Positions 57,603-64,000 of a stretch of 64,000 nucleotides of DNA are shown here, one piece after another (within the stretch, counting starts at the first letter, position 1; every line of letters begins with the position of its first letter). Source of the stretch: Trueperaceae bacterium (GTDB taxonomy: Bacteria > Deinococcota > Deinococci > Deinococcales > Trueperaceae); contig OZ243927.1 of the NCBI GenBank assembly GCA_965213925.1, positions 1,504,001 to 1,568,000 on the forward strand. The letters run 5' to 3'. The translations under genes and the position numbers were made by a program. Under the pieces are notes generated by a model. It saw only the letters and a program-made list of their open reading frames with translations, was not told the origin of the DNA and did not search any database.

Positions 57603-60600
57603 TTACTTTTTCGGTGTGAGCAGGACGATTCTCCCTGCGACGCCCAGTGACTGCGGACCGAAGTCAGCGATGTAGAGGTTGCCGTTGTTCAAGTCTTCGA
57701 CGATGTCCAGGGGACCGTTGAAGCCGCTGAAGCCGTCGATGTTGGAGTCCGTGCCTGTAACACGCTTCGTGACGCTGCCGTCGCTACCCAACGAGAAGGT
57801 CTGGATGTCGCGCTCTTTGCTGTAGCGCACGTTGAGGAGCTTGCCCTTGAGTGCGCCGCCAAACGTGTCGCTCATGTACTCGATGACGCCGTTCGCGGAG
57901 GCGCTCAAGCCTGCGTTGAAGACGCCATCCGCGTCGTAGTTGCGGTCGGGCTTCGTGCCTAAGGGATAGTCGTTCGCTTCGAAGGGGTCGTTCGAGGACT
58001 TGACGTTGCCCGCGTTCAAGACCCACTCACAGCGTGCCGGGTTGGGGTGTCCGTAGTAGCGCCCTTCGGAGACGCGGAAGAGGTAGTCCAACTCGCGCTG
58101 AGAGTTGTTGTCGATACGAGGAACGTCCGTGCGGGTATACGCGCCTAAGCGGTCGCTGTCGATGCGATTTTTGCAGGACGCGGGGAGCGTGCTCGGTGTA
58201 GCGGGCGCGTTGCCGCCGGGGGCAGAGCCGTTTGTGGGGACGTAGAGGCGTCCGTTGGAGTGCCAGACGAGGTCGTAGGCGTTGCGGATGCCCGAGGCGT
58301 AGACCGTGAGGGGGGCGCGATTGGAGAACGGGTTGTAGTTGCCGCCTTCAGCGGTTTTGACGTTCAAGGGGAGGCTCGAGGGGAGACTATCTAAATCGAG
58401 TCTGAGCACCGCCGCGCTCAAGAGACGCTCCTCGCGGTTGCCCCACGCGCCGTCGGGTGCGCCCATCGCGTTGTTGCTGCCTTGGCTTACGTAGAGTGCG
58501 CCGTCAGGACCGAAGGCGATGGAGTTCGTTTCGTGGTCACGTACTGAGCGGGGTAGACCTTCGATGACCGCTTCGTAGTTCTGCAAGTTCGAGCCAGTAA
58601 GTTTGGCAATCTTGCCCGTCCAGTCGGGAACATCAGGGGAGCCCATGTAGGTGACGTTGTCCGAGACCCACAAGATGAGGTTGTCTTTCGTCGCGTTAGG
58701 GTCGAAGGTCAAGCCGATGATGGTGCGGGGCGCGCCGCCGTTAGCCTTCTTGACCGTGTCGATGACGCGCTCTTCGGTCAAGTCGCCGTCCCGCTCAATC
58801 TTGTAGCGGTAGATGGAGCCGAAGGCGGTGCTGGCGTAGAGCTTGCCATCGGGACCGATGGTAACGCTGGTGAACTTCTGCCCCTCATCCACAACGGTTT
58901 TGTTGAAGGCAACCGGACCGGCGTTGGTATTGAGCGTGCCTGTGGTGAAGGTGCTCACGAAGGGCAAAAACGCCGCGCCTGACTCATCTTCTGCGTCGCT
59001 CGAGACGCTGAAGCGGTAACTAGTGTTTTCGTCTAAAGGCAATTCGTCCGGGTCGATCTTGAAGCTGACGGTGTCCGCGCCGCCGCTCGTGTCGGGCGTG
59101 CCACCGACGGTTGCGCCGGTGTCCAGGTTGGTCAGCGTGACGTTGCCGCCTAAGGTCGAGAGCGCTACGCCGCCGTTAGGAAGGCTGAGCCCTGCGGTCA
59201 CGGTCGCGGTGTTCGGTGAGAGGTCGGTTGCGCCGTTCGTGGGGTCAACGCTAATGATAGAGGGGCGCTGGGTTGCGCTAGTACCGGTGGACTTGATTTC
59301 GACGTAGTTAATTTTTGTATTGATACCGCCTACCGCGTCAACGGTGAGCTTGCCGTCTTCGACTTGGACGACGACGGTGCCCTGCTCGAACTCGTTGTCA
59401 CTGTCCGCTTGGAACTTAGAAAGTGCGGGGACGCCTTCGACGTTGAGGGTGTGCTTACTGTCGTACGCATTAGGAAAGCCTGCTTTGACCTCTTTCGCTG
59501 GCTCGTCGCCCGCACTGACCGTGACCTGATAGGTGCCGTTCGGCAGCGCGTATTCCCAGTAAACCTCATTCGTGAAGCCGCTGTCGCAGCAGTCGCCGCG
59601 CTGTAAGTGCACGACGGTATCGAGTTCTTGGGCGATACCTGAGCGGTCGCGGTCGCGGGCTGCGCCGGAGGCGTCGACGGGCTGACCGTTGCTCAGTTTG
59701 AGCCAGCCGTAGGTTCCGCTAGCTTGTGCGCCGTAGGCTTGACCGCTGTCTTTCACAAAGCCGCTAGGGACAGGGGCGGTGTCTAACTGAAAATTGACTT
59801 TAACGTCGATATCGGACGTAGTGGGTGCGTCTGGGAGTAAATAGACAGCCTCTTCGCCGTTTGTTGCAATAGCAGTTTTGACATTGGTAAGAAGCGTAAG
59901 GTTGCAAGGGGCGTTGTTGGGGCGCTGACCGATGATAACGACGCGCTCGGCGTTGATAGCGTCACCTCTTGCGCACACGTCGCTCGCGCTGCTAGCGCTT
60001 TCTTCGGCGCTACGGGTGACTTGGCGTACGCTGCCATCTACGGCGGCGAACGAAAGTGTGAAGGCGAAGGGGTACTCGGCGGAGCTGTTGGGGTCGAAAG
60101 GGAACTTGACGGCGAAGGTAACAAAGCCTGTTTGCCCTGGGGCGATGGCGCGTCCACCTTGCGCGTTGCGAGCACTAAAGCCGTAGCCTAAAACGGTGCT
60201 CCCGGCGGAGAGTTGACGCTGCGCTGCGTTCACTTGCGCGTCGCTCAAACCTTGAAAGTCGGCTTCGTCGGACTTGACTTCTAAACGTCCGCTATTACTC
60301 TCCATGCGGTGCGTCGGGAGGATCGTGCGGGCTAAGGTCGGGTCGGTAATGGCTTCGTTGCGTGCGTTTTTCAGGGAGCCGAGCGCGGTGCCGCCCAAGG
60401 CGCGTCCTGTGCTAAGCGCGTAAAAGGAGAGGTTACCGAAGGTCTGGTCGGAGTTGTTCGTGACCTTGAAGGTGCCGTAAAGGTAGCGCGTGCCGCCCTT
60501 GTCAGTCAGACCTTTAGAGGTGCTGACGAGGCTAAAATCCAGCGCTTGTGAGGAGAGACCGTCCGGCATAGCGGAGGCTTTGATGTCATTATCCTCGTCG

Positions 60601-60740
60601 ATCTGGAAGAGAATGTTGATGTTTTCGTTTAAGAGGGTGACGTTATCTCGAGGAGGCCTCGGTCCGCCGAAATTACAGGCGGCTAACGTGAAAAGCAGCG
60701 TGGTGAGCAAGACGAGTTTCGTTCGTTGCGTGTGATTCAT
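57603..60740 (-). CDS. large lipoprotein: Deinococcus-type N-terminal domain, malectin-like domain, Ig-like domain, glucose/sorbosone dehydrogenase-like beta-propeller
   Basis: Lipobox LAAC from ATG 60740 (AAGGAG RBS); KVNFQ...WEYALPNGTY; SVDPTNGAT; GPDGKLY, FGPDGALYVSQGS, YASGIRNAYDL, YYGHPN. Confidence 0.8.
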   Translation of the reverse strand: MNHTQRTKLVLLTTLLFTLAACNFGGPRPPRDNVTLLNENINILFQIDEDNDIKASAMPDGLSSQALDFSLVSTSKGLTDKGGTRYLYGTFKVTNNSDQTFGNLSFYALSTGRALGGTALGSLKNARNEAITDPTLARTILPTHRMESNSGRLEVKSDEADFQGLSDAQVNAAQRQLSAGSTVLGYGFSARNAQGGRAIAPGQTGFVTFAVKFPFDPNSSAEYPFAFTLSFAAVDGSVRQVTRSAEESASSASDVCARGDAINAERVVIIGQRPNNAPCNLTLLTNVKTAIATNGEEAVYLLPDAPTTSDIDVKVNFQLDTAPVPSGFVKDSGQAYGAQASGTYGWLKLSNGQPVDASGAARDRDRSGIAQELDTVVHLQRGDCCDSGFTNEVYWEYALPNGTYQVTVSAGDEPAKEVKAGFPNAYDSKHTLNVEGVPALSKFQADSDNEFEQGTVVVQVEDGKLTVDAVGGINTKINYVEIKSTGTSATQRPSIISVDPTNGATDLSPNTATVTAGLSLPNGGVALSTLGGNVTLTNLDTGATVGGTPDTSGGADTVSFKIDPDELPLDENTSYRFSVSSDAEDESGAAFLPFVSTFTTGTLNTNAGPVAFNKTVVDEGQKFTSVTIGPDGKLYASTAFGSIYRYKIERDGDLTEERVIDTVKKANGGAPRTIIGLTFDPNATKDNLILWVSDNVTYMGSPDVPDWTGKIAKLTGSNLQNYEAVIEGLPRSVRDHETNSIAFGPDGALYVSQGSNNAMGAPDGAWGNREERLLSAAVLRLDLDSLPSSLPLNVKTAEGGNYNPFSNRAPLTVYASGIRNAYDLVWHSNGRLYVPTNGSAPGGNAPATPSTLPASCKNRIDSDRLGAYTRTDVPRIDNNSQRELDYLFRVSEGRYYGHPNPARCEWVLNAGNVKSSNDPFEANDYPLGTKPDRNYDADGVFNAGLSASANGVIEYMSDTFGGALKGKLLNVRYSKERDIQTFSLGSDGSVTKRVTGTDSNIDGFSGFNGPLDIVEDLNNGNLYIADFGPQSLGVAGRIVLLTPKK

Positions 60741-60819
60741 CAGAACTCCTTGGCGGCGAGGGTGACTCACCGCCTCTATAGAATGTAGGGTTAGGCGTTA
60801 CGCCGGCGTTACAAAGACG

Positions 60820-63800
60820 TTATTGCGCAGGCTTGACGTTGCTGATGAAGTAGACGTTGTCGTTGAAGTCGTAGTTGATGCCCGCGTAGTCCATCACCAT
60901 GAGATAAGCGTCAGGGACGAGAGCGCCGTTGAGGTCGCGTACGGGCCAAAAGCGCATGTGATGACCGCAGGTGCCCGAGCCCGCCGAGCAGTCGTCCTTG
61001 CTCTTGTTGTTGCGGCGTGGGTCGCTCCATTCAGGGTCGCTCTTGAAACCGAAGCGGGTATTAGGCGGTGTTTTCGTGCCCTGCGCGGGTTTGCTGTTGC
61101 TGCCGCTCATGAGGGGCAAGAAAGACTGGGCGTCTTTGCCGTTATGGGTGAAGAACTTCGCCGTGTTACCCGAGTCGATGTCGGGCTGTAAGTAAACGGA
61201 CGCCGTGTTGCTGCAGCAGGTGTGGTACGCCGCGAGCTGGCGGACGTAGACGGGTCGACTCTCGTCGGCGCGTTCCCAGAAGGGCGAGAGCACCTCTTCG
61301 CCGATCGTCTCGATGCGTCCTTGGTTGTTGAGTTTTTCGCCAGGATTCAAGATGGTGGTGCCGAAGCCGAAGGCGCGGACGATCTCCTCTACGTTAGGCT
61401 CGTTGCCGCCCTCCTCTTGAATCTGCCAGGAGCCGCCGAGTTGGACGGTGCGGTTTGGAGTAATGGGGTCGCTCGAGCCGATCAAAAGTTGCGCTCTCAC
61501 GACTTCGTTGCTGCCGCTCGTGCGCGGGTAGGTGAACGCCACCGTAAGGTCGTAGAAGCTCTTCGCGGCGATCTCTAAAGGATTCTCTACGCTCGGCGCT
61601 TCACCGTTCGGGAGGCTGTACGCCGCTAGACCTGCGGCGTTGTTCGTGTTGTTGGCGAGGATCAAGCTCGAGACTTTCAAGACCTCATCCGAGGGGTTTT
61701 TGAGACGCAGCGTGACCTCATCGTGAAAGCGGGGGTTGTCCTGATCGCTGGTGATGCGGTTAAAGGCGAGCCAGTTGTCGAAGTGACCCTTCGCTTCGGC
61801 GGAAATCTGTTCAGAGGTCCAGTCGCGGTTCTCTAAGCTGAGCGTGCCACTAGGCTCCAAGGTTTTAGGCTGCTCCACGCTAAAGTCAGTAAAGGAGAAG
61901 GTCATGGCGCTAGTGGCGCGTCGGTGCGTGGCGAAGATGCCCGCGAAGCTGACCGTATCGCCCCCGACAGCTTGACCTGCGAAGAGCGTTTCGGGCAGCT
62001 CGAGGCTTCCAAAGCGCACCGCTTCGCCGCCGTCAACGCTGTAGGACGCCGTCGCTTGGCGGGTCGCGGGGTCTAGCTCGAGGGTGAGCTTGACGTTTCT
62101 ACCGTTCGCGCCAAACTGTGCGGAGTTGACCTGATCATCATCCGTCATTACCGCATTTGCTTCGCGGGCGAACTGGACGAAATCCTGGTCCCCGCTGCCA
62201 TTGATCACGGCGAGCTTGACGTAGTTATCCTCGTCTAAGCCGAACCAGAGACCGGCCTGCTGATACTGAGCGCTGCTCGGGAAGCTGAGGTCGGCAAGAG
62301 TCGTTTCAATGCGAAGCTTCGTGCTCGCGTCTACACCGACGCCCAGCGCGTTGACCTGCGAGTTGGTGTCGCTGCTGGTGCTCGGCTCCACGTACTGGAT
62401 ACCCTTCGTCGTGGTGAAGGTGAGGTCGCCGTTCGCGACGCTCAGTTTGCTCGGCTCGTAGCCGGGAAGCTGCGGGTTGCTCGGGGTGGTAAGAGGAGAG
62501 GAGGGCGCGTCTACCATTGTGAAGCCCGTGCCGACGCCGTTTTTATCTTCTAACTTGCCTTCGTTGCCGCTAAAGGTGAGGTTGTAGGGCAAGCTGACCG
62601 CAATTTCGTTGCAGAGCAGCGGGGAGATGGGGGCGCAGCCGACAGGCTCGGGCAGAGCGACGGGTTTCACGTTGCGCAGAATCACGACGATGTCCTGGTA
62701 GTCGAAGCCGCTGATGTGCTCTTCGGTGGCGATAACAAAAGCGTTATCTTCGCCGGGCAGCGGGTAGACGCGGACATGATGGGGAACCGCGCCAGAGAAG
62801 GTGTTGAGGGTGTCTTCGCTGTAGAGCTTGCGGTTGTTGAAGAAGGGCCAGCTCGAGACGATGCCAAACTCTTTACTGCCGGGGTCGAAGCTGGTGTCGC
62901 CTTCGACGGGAGGGAGTAAACGCTGCGCGTTAGACTTGGGCGAATTGGTGACGTCGAAGAGGTCGGTGATGCTGCTCGCGTCGCCCGCTTCGTACCAACC
63001 GAAGGTGGTGACGGGGCTGTTTCTGTCGGGACCGAACACGGCGAGCGTCTCGACCGTGACGAGCCCGGAGCCCGCCTTGACAAAGCGTTGCGCTTTAACT
63101 TCATCGCCCAAGAGGTCGCTCGTCGGCACCGCGTTGTTACTCGGGTCGGGGTCGCCCGCGTTGACGTCAATATCTAACGCATCTAAAATCCACTGCAAGG
63201 AAGGCTCATTGCTGCCGCCCGTCCCTTTGACGCTCAAGCCGCGCAGCGAGACGCTGATGTTGGGGCTATCTGCGTCGCTACTCTGAATATCTAAGCGCGC
63301 GCCCTTAGGTCCTAAGCTGCTCGGCGTGAAGGTCACGCTCACGTCGCTCATTTGACCGGGCTGGAGGGTAAGGGGAAGGGCTGCACTGGCGATACGGAAG
63401 TCGGCGTCGCTCGAGAGGTCCAAGCTGCTGACGGTGAGTGCGCCGCTGCCGAAGTTGCGTAAGGTGAGCGTTTGCGCACTCTCACCGCCATTTTGCTCCG
63501 TATACACTAAGCGCGTTTCGCTCACCTGCAAGTCGGGAATAGCTGCGCCGGGACCGTCGCCTAAAAGGTACTTTGCGGGAAGCGTACCCGTCGCAGTCGC
63601 GACTTTAATATCGCCTAAACGCACAAGGTCACAAGGTGCACTGCTCGGCTCGTTCCCAATGACGACAACGCGCCCTGCGCCAACCTCTTGTGCCCGTCTG
63701 CACACGTCATTGGCGCTGTTCGGACTCTCTTCGGCGCTTCTCGTGATTTGCCGCGCCGCGTCATCGACGATGGCGAAAGAGAGCGTGAAGGAGAAGGGGT

Positions 63801-64000
63801 AATCCGCCGAGTCGCTCGGCTCGTAGGGGAACTTGATGGCGAAGGTCACGGAGCCTTTTTTGCCGGGCGCGATGGGGCGCGTGCCCGCTTCGTTGCGCGC
63901 GGAGAAGCCGTAATCCAAGACGTTGCGCCCCACGCCGAGCTGGTCTTGCACCTGCGCAACCTGCGCGGCGCTGTAGCCCTGAAAGTCCGCCTCGTCCGCC
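60820..64000 (-). CDS. large secreted protein (5' end beyond window): same N-terminal domain, two Ig/ASH-like + acidic-motif modules, central lectin-like domain
   Basis: Frame stays open to 64000 (ADEADFQGYSAAQV); LTLRNFGSGALTVS...TFTP; QAGLWFGLDEDNYVKL; DYQD and DFND motifs. Confidence 0.8.
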   Translation of the reverse strand, partial: ADEADFQGYSAAQVAQVQDQLGVGRNVLDYGFSARNEAGTRPIAPGKKGSVTFAIKFPYEPSDSADYPFSFTLSFAIVDDAARQITRSAEESPNSANDVCRRAQEVGAGRVVVIGNEPSSAPCDLVRLGDIKVATATGTLPAKYLLGDGPGAAIPDLQVSETRLVYTEQNGGESAQTLTLRNFGSGALTVSSLDLSSDADFRIASAALPLTLQPGQMSDVSVTFTPSSLGPKGARLDIQSSDADSPNISVSLRGLSVKGTGGSNEPSLQWILDALDIDVNAGDPDPSNNAVPTSDLLGDEVKAQRFVKAGSGLVTVETLAVFGPDRNSPVTTFGWYEAGDASSITDLFDVTNSPKSNAQRLLPPVEGDTSFDPGSKEFGIVSSWPFFNNRKLYSEDTLNTFSGAVPHHVRVYPLPGEDNAFVIATEEHISGFDYQDIVVILRNVKPVALPEPVGCAPISPLLCNEIAVSLPYNLTFSGNEGKLEDKNGVGTGFTMVDAPSSPLTTPSNPQLPGYEPSKLSVANGDLTFTTTKGIQYVEPSTSSDTNSQVNALGVGVDASTKLRIETTLADLSFPSSAQYQQAGLWFGLDEDNYVKLAVINGSGDQDFVQFAREANAVMTDDDQVNSAQFGANGRNVKLTLELDPATRQATASYSVDGGEAVRFGSLELPETLFAGQAVGGDTVSFAGIFATHRRATSAMTFSFTDFSVEQPKTLEPSGTLSLENRDWTSEQISAEAKGHFDNWLAFNRITSDQDNPRFHDEVTLRLKNPSDEVLKVSSLILANNTNNAAGLAAYSLPNGEAPSVENPLEIAAKSFYDLTVAFTYPRTSGSNEVVRAQLLIGSSDPITPNRTVQLGGSWQIQEEGGNEPNVEEIVRAFGFGTTILNPGEKLNNQGRIETIGEEVLSPFWERADESRPVYVRQLAAYHTCCSNTASVYLQPDIDSGNTAKFFTHNGKDAQSFLPLMSGSNSKPAQGTKTPPNTRFGFKSDPEWSDPRRNNKSKDDCSAGSGTCGHHMRFWPVRDLNGALVPDAYLMVMDYAGINYDFNDNVYFISNVKPAQ

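Overview
GC-rich bacterial chromosome segment, most consistent with Deinococcota (Truepera/Deinococcus-like). This rests on the futalosine-pathway mqnC, a TANNNT-N5-7-start leaderless layout in front of many genes, Deinococcus-type small repeats and a Deinococcus-type lipoprotein domain. The left half is mostly housekeeping and stress genes (MASE1-GGDEF-EAL, DapA-like, ggt, mqnC, msrA, yyaL, pdxH, rocD/Lrp, alaS-HAD-DUF218-ruvX-mltG, MATE, cyclase, FprA-like), interspersed with toxin-antitoxin, HEPN-like and Uma2 genes. The right half holds: a split surface-polysaccharide locus (GGDEF-EAL, GT4, wbaP-like, adaptor plus two TolC without a pump, wzz-like, ugd) interrupted by a Hen1-Pnkp RNA-repair operon and a class II sirtuin; IS1 and IS630 elements; an uncharacterised three-gene membrane operon; dcd; an MFS exporter; and two paralogous giant secreted proteins. 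The best leads are an unannotated 32-aa signal-peptide-only gene that could release the pentapeptide NAGLF next to the MFS exporter, a His-rich membrane protein with two anchored YtkA-like partners, RDRM-like operators and a structured leader at hen1-pnkP, an 11-nt hairpin-loop inversion inside the IS1 transposase, and several families of small palindromic or MITE-like elements. No CRISPR array, tRNA or rRNA was seen. All family assignments are from motif recognition by eye; no database searches were run.
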